DNA of 63,675 bases, counting the filler, from Salisapilia sapeloensis CBS 127946 (Eukaryota; Protista; Oomycota): the NCBI GenBank assembly GCA_023334545.1. It is 5 parts of 5 records of this genome, joined end to end, with 100 filler letters (N's around TTAATTAATTAA, not from the genome) between each part and the next. Parts side by side here need not be neighbours in the genome. Positions count along the whole stretch, not along the records: positions 1 to 21,472 come from JAADVB010000281.1; 4 more parts are not named here. One strand, written 5' to 3'. Position 1 is the stretch's first letter. Every line of letters begins with the position of its first letter. Made by a program: the position numbers and the translations under genes. Positions 1 to 11,083 of the stretch are shown one piece after another. Under the pieces are notes generated by a model. The model did not search any database. It was not told the DNA's origin and saw only the letters and a list, made by a program, of their open reading frames with translations.

Positions 1-561
1 AACCCGAATGACTTTCGGCAATACACCACGATACGCTAGACACTAGTCCCGCCAAGACATAACAGAGGAACGGACGACATACGTGGATATGAATGTAAAA
101 GCTGAAAATGACGCACGAGTAGGATGAACTGCAAAAGACTTATGCATTGATTTTTATTACGGGTTTTGCTTACTTGTGCACGTTATGCCTAACGTCCCTT
201 GCTTAATAGGCGATTAACTGCTCAACGAACACTGCCCGAATGCATCTACTTCTCGGAAAGTTTCACCTAGCAAATTTGCCCATTGCCTTGTCACCTTCCA
301 CAATCATCTATCCGAAGATGTCTAGTTCCCCAGATTATTAATAACTACCTGCAAGACAACTTCTCTACACCCGCCGTTCACTCACCAACTCTAAAGTCAT
401 GTTAGGTATACAATCCGCGTGATATTGGCACAAAGGGCAAAGTGTTGCACTCGTCTAGATTACCACGTCCTCGGATCTAGTCCCACTTTTCGTCGCCTCG
501 TCTTGTCTTAAAAAACAGTTTCTCACGCCAATACTCACAAGAACACGAGAACGCGAGAACA

Positions 562-846
562 ATGAACTGCTTGAGTACGCGTGCGTCGATGCAGACGGAG
601 ATAGAGCTAGAGGAGGCATCTAGGAAAGCTGAGACTGCTTTCAATCGGATCCAGCTAAAGGAGTCCAAGGGAGAACGCGTCCAGCGTGCTATTTCAGAGG
701 TCCAAGCACGAAAAACGAGGGAAATCGCAAGTCACATCCAGTGGTTGCAGCATCGACGAGCACAGTTATTGGCAGAGTTGCAATCCGTGGATGATAAGCT
801 TTCCGAGAAGAAATTGCAGCTTGAAGAAAGGGCCGCAAGTGCTTGA
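562..846 (+). CDS. Small coiled-coil hypothetical protein (94 aa)
   Basis: ATG-started ORF rich in E/K/R/Q/L with heptad-like pattern; no family recognised; 5' exons cannot be excluded. Confidence 0.5.
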   Translation: MNCLSTRASMQTEIELEEASRKAETAFNRIQLKESKGERVQRAISEVQARKTREIASHIQWLQHRRAQLLAELQSVDDKLSEKKLQLEERAASA

Positions 847-1035
847 GGGCAGATGCGATTCATGATTTATGTATAGCGTAGTGCAGAATTGAAACTTACT
901 GAGTCCTTCATGGACTCCGTTGCATGCTTCCTAGTGCCCCCTATCGAATATAAAGATAGTTTTGGTGTTCATGCAAGAGTTATTTTTAACACACACGACG
1001 TTTTCTCTCAAGTAGCTCGTAAATAGTACAGAACG

Positions 1036-3795
1036 ATGGTGGTGCACGGTGAGGAACCAATGTCGTCACCTGAAGCACCGGCAGCTCGGTCGAAAGATGC
1101 TTCTGGTGGCATAAAAGTTCCGGAAGGCGAGGTACATATCGAAACGGACAACGGTGGAGTAGACAGCGAGGAGGGAGAGTCTGAAGATGATGAAGACGAG
1201 GGAGATCCGGATCAAACGATCATGAACATGGGTCGGCATGACCGCATGCAGCGTATTCAAAAGGTCTTGTACGACCAACTCGTCGGTAATGATGAACGTC
1301 TGACGATGGAGCTTCGTGAACGAGAGGAAGAGGTGCGACGGATGAAGCAGAGACGGGAGGATGTGGGCGTCCAGCTCTATGGTGTGCAGCAGCAGTTAGC
1401 ACAGCTTCAAGTAGCTCTGGAAGGCTCTCATCGGAAGCTCACGACGTATCATAACGATCGCTTTGCTGCAGAAGACCTGCTCGATGAGCATAAAGAGCAA
1501 GTGGCGGAACGGAAGGCGTTGGTGGGAAAGCATCGAGCGACGCTGTACAAGACACAGACGGAACTGGACACTCTGAACGCAACGCTGCGGCAGGTTGAAA
1601 AGTATAGTGAAGAGATGAAGTATGAGATAGCTCGGACGCAACGGGAGGCACAGAAAGCCGAAGAGATGATGACGAATATGGAGAAGAGCAAAGTGAAACA
1701 GGATCTGTACATCGATAGTTTGAATGAACAATTGAAGCGACTGGAAGACCAGATTGGAGTGAGTACTGCTCATTTAAAATCACAGCAATTAGAGACTGCG
1801 GCTGCGGAGGAAACGTTGAGAGAGGCTTCTGCTCAGATGGAAGTCGTGGCTTTCGAGAAGAAACAGCTTTTGCAGCAGTGGAAGAGTGCACTCGTTGGAT
1901 TGCAACAACGGGACCAGGCTCTCCAAGCAACGCAGCAGAGTATTTCAAAGGTGAATGAAGAAGATTTGGCGTTGTCCGTGGAAGTGAAGGGGTATAAGGC
2001 ATCGATTGAAAAGGCTCAGCGAGAGCATGAAACCCTCTTGGGCACGGTTGAACGGTTTAATGCTGAGATCCGCTTCGTTGAGGAACAGATTGGATCTTTA
2101 AAGAAGGAGCAAGAGAGATTGGCGAGTCGATATGAGATGCTGACCAAGTCACTGCGACAGACAGAAGCAGAAGAAAGTAAGGTGAAGGAGGAAGGAAAGA
2201 AGCTGGATGGAGAAAACCAGCAAGTCCAGCAGCAGTTAGAAACAACGCAACGTGATCGGCATGTACTTGAAGACCAGGTTGCTAGCCTGAAGAATGAGCA
2301 AACGACAGCGAACAAGGCTGTACATAATCTAACGAAAGAGACTTTGAAGCTGCAGGGTGTAGTCCATGAGAAAGAGAATGCACTCGCAGAACTACGAAAT
2401 GAAATTGCTCGTGTAAACGTAGACATTCTGAATGTCCAATCACACATTGGTCAGCTGGAGGAGGTACAAGGACGTACGGTTGGCGACTTGCAGAATGAAG
2501 ACCGCCGTGTCGAAAAGGTTCAGTTGGAACTTCGTCAGCGCAATGATGAGATTGAAAAGAAGATGCTGCGGCTAGATCGATTAAATAAAAAGTATGAACA
2601 GCTCATGTCGAAAGTAGAAGACGAGAATACTGGGCCGTTGGAAGCAACAATTAAGAATCAAACGAGAGAGACGGCGGAGGTGCGTCGTCGGAATGCAGAG
2701 CTGCAGAAAGAATGGCTACAGATACAAACGGTGCTTGTGAATCTGTCCATTGAATCTCAGGAAATGGGGGAAAAGAATGGAGAGTTGAAAAGTAAGACTA
2801 GTGTACTCGAGCAGAAGCAATTACGATTGATGAACGATCTTGCCAAGATGACACAGGATGTCAAACAACTTCGAACGGTCATCCAGGCCATGCACACTGA
2901 TACGATCAAGCTAAATGAGTTGATTGCGAAGAATACGACGCGACAAGAAGAGCTCGTGAATATGAACCACGGCATGGAGCTTGAGTTTAAGCAGCAGCTA
3001 AAAGAGTTGGAAGCAGAGGCTATGAATGCAGAGAGACGAGCAACAGAGTTGAAAAACGAGAAACAGGAGCTTCTGGATCAGATTGTCGAAGTGGAACGGC
3101 AAATAATGCTATGGGAGAAGAAGATTTTGCTAGAGAAAGAAACGCAAGCAGCTTTGGATCCAGAAGTTGGTCAAGCAGAAGCTCGAAGTATGGAGAAGGA
3201 GATTCATCGCATGCGATTGAGACTTGAGGCTCTGCAGCGTAGCCAGGAGCAAATGCTCATTGATATGGAGCAAGCTGTGCACAAACGAGATTTGCTTGCG
3301 TTACGCGGGCGAAGCAAGAAGGACGCTGATGTAACGTATGCTGCTGTCACGGCCAAGGCATCGACATTGCAGAATAATCTGCAGAAGATGGAGAGGGATA
3401 CGATGAAGCTTGACAAGACGATCAAGAAAAAGATGATTAGTTGTGAAGACTTGACTTTCCAGTTGGAGAAAGCATCAGCCGAGCTGCACGTTGATGAAGA
3501 GCGGGTTGCCACTCTCCAGAAATCTATCAATGACTCGTTGTACGCCAAGCAGCGATTGATTGATGCAGAGTCACGAAAACTGCGATTGTTGCAACGTCTA
3601 GAGGCAGTGCGCAAGGCCGCTGCAACTAAAGGTGTGGACGAAGACAAGGCGAAAAACAACTATGATCGAGCTCGTTCGTCAGTGCTGGTCATTCAGTCTA
3701 TCATTGACAAACTTAAAAGTCAATATCCGCATCTCTCGGAAGTGCTTTCACGTGTTGCAATGCTAGCGGAGGATCCACCGGTGGAAGCTAGTTAG
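1036..3795 (+). CDS. CCDC40: Coiled-coil domain-containing protein 40 (FAP172), axonemal 96-nm ruler / inner dynein arm and N-DRC assembly factor
   Basis: 919-aa single ORF with acidic N-terminus, then long coiled coil carrying CCDC40-type segments REDVGVQLYGVQQQLAQLQ, KQDLYID, QLLQQWKSALVGLQQRD and MEKEIHRMRLR. Confidence 0.88.
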   Translation: MVVHGEEPMSSPEAPAARSKDASGGIKVPEGEVHIETDNGGVDSEEGESEDDEDEGDPDQTIMNMGRHDRMQRIQKVLYDQLVGNDERLTMELREREEEVRRMKQRREDVGVQLYGVQQQLAQLQVALEGSHRKLTTYHNDRFAAEDLLDEHKEQVAERKALVGKHRATLYKTQTELDTLNATLRQVEKYSEEMKYEIARTQREAQKAEEMMTNMEKSKVKQDLYIDSLNEQLKRLEDQIGVSTAHLKSQQLETAAAEETLREASAQMEVVAFEKKQLLQQWKSALVGLQQRDQALQATQQSISKVNEEDLALSVEVKGYKASIEKAQREHETLLGTVERFNAEIRFVEEQIGSLKKEQERLASRYEMLTKSLRQTEAEESKVKEEGKKLDGENQQVQQQLETTQRDRHVLEDQVASLKNEQTTANKAVHNLTKETLKLQGVVHEKENALAELRNEIARVNVDILNVQSHIGQLEEVQGRTVGDLQNEDRRVEKVQLELRQRNDEIEKKMLRLDRLNKKYEQLMSKVEDENTGPLEATIKNQTRETAEVRRRNAELQKEWLQIQTVLVNLSIESQEMGEKNGELKSKTSVLEQKQLRLMNDLAKMTQDVKQLRTVIQAMHTDTIKLNELIAKNTTRQEELVNMNHGMELEFKQQLKELEAEAMNAERRATELKNEKQELLDQIVEVERQIMLWEKKILLEKETQAALDPEVGQAEARSMEKEIHRMRLRLEALQRSQEQMLIDMEQAVHKRDLLALRGRSKKDADVTYAAVTAKASTLQNNLQKMERDTMKLDKTIKKKMISCEDLTFQLEKASAELHVDEERVATLQKSINDSLYAKQRLIDAESRKLRLLQRLEAVRKAAATKGVDEDKAKNNYDRARSSVLVIQSIIDKLKSQYPHLSEVLSRVAMLAEDPPVEAS

Positions 3796-3841
3796 AATGC
3801 GTAGTACTTAGGGAATTAATATATTCTTTACTCTGTACTAT

Positions 3842-5500
3842 TCATGCTGTATGTGTAACTTGGTTTCGCTTCCCTTTGCTGTATCCTCGAGTAGCTTTAT
3901 CCTTATATTCTGCTTGCTTTTCTTCCGCTTCATGCAAATGCTTCTGAGCGCTATGGATGTCCGCATGAAGCTTTCGAATCCGAGAATCCATTTCCTCAAG
4001 ACGCTCCAAATAGATACGCTTCGCTTCACCCCATATGCGTACTTTGGATTGCTCGCGAACGAAAAAGTACTTGGTTTTATCTGCTTCTGCTAGTTCCTCT
4101 CGAGCTTGTAAAATCTCATGCTGGAGCGTTCGGATCCGACTTGTCCAAAACCCAAGTTTCTGCTTGGACTCGTTGATGTTTTGACAGTGCATGCATGGCC
4201 TTGGTAATGTATGCACTTGACAGCGGTCAACTAATCCTGTCGTATCAATATCGTGTAGATCCAATGGGTGGTTCCATCTACATCGCCCAAGCCGCTCCAT
4301 GCTCTTGCACATGCCCGCTCGCTGGAAGGATGTGCACACGGGCAGCGTATTTTCATTATTGGCGTATTTGGATCGAACATCCACGACTCGTTTATAGAGG
4401 TCTTGGAGAGAGATGTGACTACATGGTGGCTTCAGCGTACACTTTCGACAGCGACGCAATGGTTTGTTCATTTCTAAAATCGATAGAGAAAAAGGAATTG
4501 GATCTGTTTCCTGTATCGGCTTGTCAGATGGGAGAAGTGCCTTTGACACATTTGGTATGCTAATAAACGATTGTGTCTTAAAGACTTTCAATAGAAGCTT
4601 CATCGCAGCTCGCAGATTACCCTTGCATTCTTGGACGATGGCTTCTAGTCCATCTTGTGTGTACCCGATCTATTTGTCCACAGTAAAAATTATGACGAAG
4701 AGAAAGCTAGATTGGACGTACCAGTTCCTGTGTGCAAATGGACAGTAGCTTGCGACGCACGTGGTCGGTCTTTAGTGGTTGGAGATGGACTGATACTGCA
4801 ATTGATTTCATTTGGTCGATGATTTTTGTTGCGTCCGGGTTATCGATGCAGATGAAGAACACTTCATGCCGGTTGGCGTTTAATATGATCGGAAGCACGC
4901 CACGTTGTTGAACACTCACCGGTATGCTAGCGTATATTTCTATCAACATTGCCGATTTGTTCTCTCTATGACGAGCAATACCTTCCAAAGTTTTCTATAA
5001 CGATATAACTTTTCTTCTTGACTGCAATGGCGACTTCGGACGAGTCTTTCAAGATGTTCAAAAGCCGCTTTTCACTATAAGTGTGAGCCTCTTTAGATGC
5101 TAAGGTATGCAATGACTACAAAGGTATAAGTACGATAGTTCGATTGCATCGATCTTCTCGAAAGGAATAACAGAATCCTCAGTGTCTAGAGCAAGGATTT
5201 GCTGCAATAACTGCAGTACAGACGTTTTGCCCGTGAATACATCACCCTATCATTTACGTTTACACGATAGGGATAACTTGAATAATTGTAGTAAATATCA
5301 CGCGAAGTATGTTCATTCGTACTGTGATGATGTAGTTAACGGGTGTAGAGACACTTTCGCTAACGAGTGTCTGCAACATTGTAGTCGTCTTCGGGTTACC
5401 AAGAAGACTATCAATGGTTTGCGGTCTGCATCGATGCTTCCTACAAGCATCCACACAATTACTTAAAGGTATGCAATGAGTGAAGCGTGAGTTGAACCAT
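3842..5500 (-). CDS. Multi-exon RFC (clamp loader small subunit)-like AAA+ protein with degenerate Walker B and arginine finger, plus C-terminal Cys/His zinc-binding motifs and coiled coil; 5' end unresolved
   Basis: Manual splicing with exons 5440-5323, 5246-5134, 5074-4982, 4926-4722 and 4669-3842 (all GT-AG, phases compatible) gives RPQTIDSLLGN...NYIITGDVFTGKTS...SYIVIENFGS...KIIDQMKSIA...IGYTQDGLEAIVQECKGNLRAAMKLL...FISIPNVSKA, collinear with RFC small-subunit motifs as recalled. Confidence 0.72.
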
Positions 5501-5721
5501 GCTTCTAGCGTATCTTCGCTACATGGTAACCGAGGTTTGGATGGAACCACGAAAGATCTGTACTCTGCATCAATGGAGGACCAAAATCCATATCGGACTT
5601 GCCACGGCGTATTGGTGGTTGGTACTGCGCCTTGTAGGTGCATTTACGCTAAATCAGTTTTGCATGCGATTTGTCCGTCCGTTAGCAATTTATGTCTGGA
5701 TACCTTTTCCAACTAAATTAC

Positions 5722-6098
5722 CATGATAGCAAAGCTAGTGATATTGGATTGTTTGCTGATTATAGTGGTATGGGCAGTAAGGTTAATCTTACGACAACTA
5801 GTTTACTACGCAATCTTGTGGCCTTGTCGTACATGATGTAGCTGAGTAAATGCTATCCTAAAAATCTTTGTGAGGGTATAGCTATAACTACATTGTAGCT
5901 TAACGGCATCGCACATGTACAACCTCTCTTCCATTTTAGCTTACCAAGACGGATTCGAAGCTTTCCACTGAACAGCTTACTCTCATTCTCTGCATTCATA
6001 ATCTCTTCTACTTTTCTCGCGAAACTTTCTACCTTTGTTACACTCGCACATGGACGAGCTTCCTCTACTTTTTTGTTGTCGTATTTTCTATAGTTCAT
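5722..6098 (-). CDS. Possible upstream exons of the RFC-like gene, or a separate small gene; weak PH-like pattern
   Basis: ORF 5853-6098 contains LFSGKLRIRLGKLKWKR; short open segments and splice-like sites follow, but no consistent splice path was found. Confidence 0.25.
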
Positions 6099-6871
6099 CC
6101 TTCTGCAACTCTGCTCTCATAATCGCTACTCATTCCACTCATACAACCTAGTCTTCATCATGTACACGCGTGCGGAAATCAGGTGCATGGACATTCTCGT
6201 TTCTACTTTCGCTTTAGAGTTAAACTTTCTCTATTCGGCCCATCGAGTACCAGATACAAGACCAAGAAGTAGACAAACCTCATCTACAGTCAGACTCTAT
6301 TTTAACACACATCGTAGCTTTTTAAACTTTTCGTCCTCTACAAAGGCTCTTGGTTACAGAGAGTTTGTATCCTCCTCGTGCTATTGGAAGATGAGGAGCA
6401 CCAAGAAAATATTCTGGTGGTGGTACATGCCACAGTGCAGCTGATGTAATATATCTTGGTGAGGTGGAATCTGGATACGAGTGACGTCAGACAGTGATCT
6501 TCACCTGCATATCCACGAGATCAATCCAGACGACTACCATACGCTTATTTCTTAGCACAATAGAAATAGAGCAGAAGGTGATAAACACAAACCCTCCTCA
6601 GACATAACATCGTTTCGAATTCTATAGCCTTTCAGACTACGTTCAATTTGTTAAACAAAATCGATTTTTAATCCATCCGGATCCGCGTGCCACCAAGATA
6701 AGCTTTACATAGCACATAAACACTGGTCTAGAGAATCGAGTGGTGACGATGCACTCGTAGGCATGACGCAATCCGCTCCACTTCAAGTTGTGTCCTCGTC
6801 GATTCCGAGACATTCCAGTATACTACTGTCTTCCAATCAACTCATTTAACAAGTTATCAAGAGAGAAAGGG

Positions 6872-7895
6872 ATGGCACTGGCGGCGACGTTGCTTCGATG
6901 CATGCCTCGCAAGGCGATGGCAACGCAGACCACTCGGTCGCTCAACTACCTGGCGAACCCGAGTTCGCTCGAACGGTTGTTTGAGAATAACAAAAAGTGG
7001 CGAGAGGGCAAAAAGCTCTTGGACCCAGACTACTTTGACAAGACTTCACAAGGCCAGCATCCGCAGTACTTGTGGATCGGATGCTCTGACTCGCGTGTCC
7101 CGGCCGAAGAGATCACGGGTCTCACGCCTGGTGAAGTCTTTGTGCACCGAAATGTAGCGAATCTGGTCCCGGCGAATGACATCAGCAGTCTCTCGGTCGT
7201 CCAGTACGCTGTCGAGCACCTTAAAGTCAAGGACATTATCATCTGTGGGCACTATGGCTGCGGTGGTGTGAAAGCTGCCGTCGAGAACAAACACCTTGGT
7301 CTTTTAGACAATTGGCTTCGCAATATCCGAGATGGTATGATGACAAAGTAGAGGATAGACTCGAAGTACCTGTCTAACGTTTATGTATCTAGTGGTGCGC
7401 ATTCACTTTGACGAGTTGGAACAGATTGAGACGGATGAAGAGCGTCTTAACCGTATCGTCGAGCTCAATACGATCGAGCAGTGCATCAACGTATTTAAGA
7501 TCGGTTTCGTCCAGAGACATCAAGTGCGATATGGTTTTCCACGTATCCACGGTCTCGTCTACGGCCTGAATGACGGCGAGCTCCAGGAATTGGATATCGA
7601 CTTTGACTCGTACATCAGTCGTTACCGGTCCATCTACCGCCTGCACTCGTTCCCGGACGAAGTCCCTCAGCGTCGATCGCAGCTCCAAGCCAACGCCATC
7701 CGTACGCTCGTGACAGATTTGGATGAGGAAGACGGCAAAGTGCGTGTGAAGCTTCTAAAGCGTGCGATGACGAAAGAGCCGTTGCTCTTTAGTGACACAG
7801 AGATTGACCGTGCCATTTCTGCTGTCCAGGAAGATGATTCAGAGAAGAGCATGGTCAACGTTGAGGACCTCATCTCGTACTTCATGCAGCACTAG
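6872..7895 (+). CDS. Beta-class carbonic anhydrase with probable mitochondrial presequence and C-terminal EF-hand-like extension
   Basis: Zn ligand motifs GCSDSRVP (CxDxR) and GHYGCGG (HxxC), plus [11 protein letters not shown]. Intron 7335-7392 (GTATGA...TAG) joins the two ORFs in frame (RD-VVRIH). ATG at 6872 opens an Arg/Ala-rich leader with no acidic residues. Confidence 0.93.
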
Positions 7896-7998
7896 TGATG
7901 TCTGTCTTGTAGCAGCAATGAATACACATGTGATTTGATTCTTTTTACTTGTTCTTACGTTCACGAACGGAGTTTAAAGTACTTGTACAAAGATATTA

Positions 7999-9821
7999 AT
8001 GGAGGCGAAGAAACGAGTGGCTGTGGAGAACGTGGAGGGAGGTATGTCTATCATGCTCTTGTCCGTCGGAGGGAGCTGGTCTAAAGGCCTCTAGGTCGAC
8101 GGAAGAAAGCCAAGGTCGTGATCGACTGTACTGGAGAAGCGCCCGAGCCGCTCTTCCATCTCACGAAACTCAAAGATGCTCCAGCTTCTCATAACGGTTC
8201 ATAATGTCATTAGAATTATTCTCAAAGCATGCTTGAGCTATAGTGCTTGTAGAAGGTGCAGTGGGGCTGGCAGACTTGCTGGAAGGAGAGTTTTCGAGCT
8301 GCCTCTTGACGAATTACATGTACGACATGGACTGGCTGTTGGGTAAATGTCCTCGACTGCGCAGTGTTCCTGTCGTTCTAGTACATGGTGATCGCGATCC
8401 GAAAGCGTGTGTTGTTATTATTCAGCCTACGATGCATACTTGAGATCCTAAGACTTGCCTAGCCTAGTTGACTGCTGTCTTCCATTCAAGAATATTCAGG
8501 TCGTAACTCCTTCCCTTCCGATCCCTTATGGCACACATCACACCAAGATGATGGTACGACCTAGGTGTTATACCAAGCTATTCGAGTACATAGTTTCATG
8601 AAGGTCGTATTGCAGGTCATCAAGTACGAGACAAAAGTACGCGTTGCTATCTTCACGGCCAATTTTATCTCTTCAGATTGGGAGAAGAAGACACAAGGAG
8701 TGTGGTATCAAGACTTTGGATTGAAAAGTGGAGGTACAAAGTCAAAGGATGAAAAGACTTGGCCGGACTTTGAATCCGATCTCGTGAACTACTTGATGAC
8801 ACTTGGTCATCCAGCCAAGTCTTTCTGTCAAGACTTGTCGGCATTCGATTTCTCGACTGCTCAAGCTGTATTGATCCCTTCCGTACCAGGGTATCATAAA
8901 GGAAAAGGTATGCCTCGAGCTCGTGCTACTTTCATCATCATCCCTCTTATGCTTAAATTGAATAGACATGAAGAAATATGGCCACTATCGCGTCCGAGAG
9001 TAAGTCTAATACTTTCTCTTTCCTGTACTTAAAACCGAACAAAACTGTACGATAGAGTGCTGCAGAAGCTCAATGTACCCAAGACGGACCATCCTCTCAT
9101 TGCTCAATTCTCAAGCCTTGGTTCGATCGATGAAAAGTGGCTTTATGGTGAGTTCACGGATAGTTTGATCCCAACGGCGACAGCTCGTCCGAAAGGAAAC
9201 CCACTTCCAATCTCTGCGCTTCATCTTATCTGGCCTTCTGTCGATGATGTCGTACGCTTCTTTCTTTTCTGACTTTAAAGTGTTGATTCACTAGTCTCAC
9301 GGATGCTTTGATAGCGTAACTCGTTGGAAGGATGGCGGGCAGGTGGGTCATTACCTTGTACGCTCAAGAACATGAAGCCGTTTCTTCACAAGTATCTTCG
9401 AAAGTGGTCTCCTCCAGAATGCTTGCATCGACAGCGGGCGATGCCACACATTAAGACGTACGCGCGATATGACATGGACCCGGACAAGAGAGGCGCAGTG
9501 GACTGGGCAATTCTCACAAGTGCCAATATGAGCAAGGCGGCGTGGGGAGCGCTTCAAAAGAATGGATCACAACTTATGATTCGCTCGTATGAGCTAGGCG
9601 TGCTCTTCCTTCCGCAGCTCACTACCCAGAATGAGACGAGCTTGACAGTTGTCGGCAGTACCCGGGAGGGCAAGTTGGTAGGTGATGGGCAGCTTGTTAC
9701 ACGATTACCGCTGCCTTACTCCTTTCCCTTACACGGCTATGACCCGCGGTCTGATGAGCCGTGGGTATGGGATCTACCTCGTGATGACCCGGATATCTTT
9801 GGTATGCAATATAGTCCGTAG
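7999..9821 (+). CDS. TDP1: Tyrosyl-DNA phosphodiesterase 1, multi-exon
   Basis: Two catalytic HxK motifs (GTHHTKMM and MPHIKTY), plus LTNYMYDMDWL, IFTANF, QGVW, QFSSLGS, TSANMSKAAWG, IRSYELGVLF and EPWVWD. Exon boundaries only partly traced. Confidence 0.92.
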
Positions 9822-9900
9822 AGCAAGTTAACGCCGAACAAGTTTCGCTTTCAAGACTACCATTGTGAATAGCCAAACGCATTTACATTAATATATGAAC

Positions 9901-11004
9901 CTACTTTAAGGTGTGCTTTAATGGACTGCACATTGACGGTACCTGGATGCCTGGTAGCACAGGCGTTGGAAGCTTTAATAGAGGAGATAGTGGCTGTTCT
10001 GCCATTTTGGCTACGACTTGTCGCTTTTTAGGACTCGGCGCACTGACGACGTTGGTCAAGGTAGCTATCGTGACCCGCCGGTATCCTCCCCCCACTCGCT
10101 TCATCACCCCTTTCGGTCGTGTCGGCTTGCGCACCTCGACATCATTCAGGTTACCATCCTCTTTCTGAATTTTCACTACTGGAGTTGCGATCGGACTGTC
10201 CTCCACTTTCTCTTTCTCTTCCTCTGAACTTGATGGACTCAAAACCTCATCTGGTACGACTAAAGGAGTGACAGGTTCTTCTTCTTCTTCATCTTCTTCA
10301 TTGACTTCCAACTCAGCAATATCCACTTCTGGTATGGATGTGTATGCTACTGGTGTCAACTCCAGTTGCTCGAGCTTTCTCCTCTCCTGTCGTTTCCGAG
10401 TATGTCTCTGGAGAACCACGGCAGCGTTCTCCTTTTCTTTCATTGCTTCCTCTAGTCGCTTTGCCTTCTCCCTTTTCAATGTCGACTGTCGAACAAAGCG
10501 CTGGATTGTTCGTGAAGAGTCATTTCTCTTCATTTGCTCCCTCCTTGCGCGACAAACTTTTCGAGCAAGAACACCTCGAGTAATTCGCTGGACATTCGTT
10601 GCAGCATCGATCTCTCGTTCTTGCTGCCTCTGTTCCTTAAGCGCTTGCTGATGTAACCAAGCTCGTTGATTACGTTCCATCTCTCGCTCCTTTCGACGTT
10701 GTCGTCTGCGAATGTCTTCCGCTTGCAATTGTTCTCGCATTTTCGCAGCTCTCTCAGCCTGTTCCTTTGCTAACTGCATCTTCTTCTCTTGTCTCTCGAG
10801 TATCCGTCCAAAGTTCTCCATGGACGAGTTTTCAAACGTAAAGCCATGGAAATGGTTGGTAAACTTGTTATTACGACGATGATCAAAGACGTTCATGTTC
10901 CGATACGAGTCGAGTTGAACGCCCACATTTGCCGGTCGAGCAGTGAGGAGCGGTAGATGAAGGACAGACGTATCACTGCCTTCGGCTTGACGATTCTCAT
11001 TCAT
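9901..11004 (-). CDS. IQ-motif (calmodulin-binding) coiled-coil protein
   Basis: 367-aa ORF with three IQ-like motifs (NVQRITRGVLAR, TIQRFVRQSTLK, VLQRHTRKRQER) in a charged coiled coil; 3' end may be spliced. Confidence 0.7.
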   Translation of the reverse strand: MNENRQAEGSDTSVLHLPLLTARPANVGVQLDSYRNMNVFDHRRNNKFTNHFHGFTFENSSMENFGRILERQEKKMQLAKEQAERAAKMREQLQAEDIRRRQRRKEREMERNQRAWLHQQALKEQRQQEREIDAATNVQRITRGVLARKVCRARREQMKRNDSSRTIQRFVRQSTLKREKAKRLEEAMKEKENAAVVLQRHTRKRQERRKLEQLELTPVAYTSIPEVDIAELEVNEEDEEEEEPVTPLVVPDEVLSPSSSEEEKEKVEDSPIATPVVKIQKEDGNLNDVEVRKPTRPKGVMKRVGGGYRRVTIATLTNVVSAPSPKKRQVVAKMAEQPLSPLLKLPTPVLPGIQVPSMCSPLKHTLK

Positions 11005-11083
11005 ACTTCAAAAGTGTCTAGAACAAGCGCCAACGGGATCCAACCTGCCATCTTAGTCTGGAAACATGGCTTCTATTAATAGT

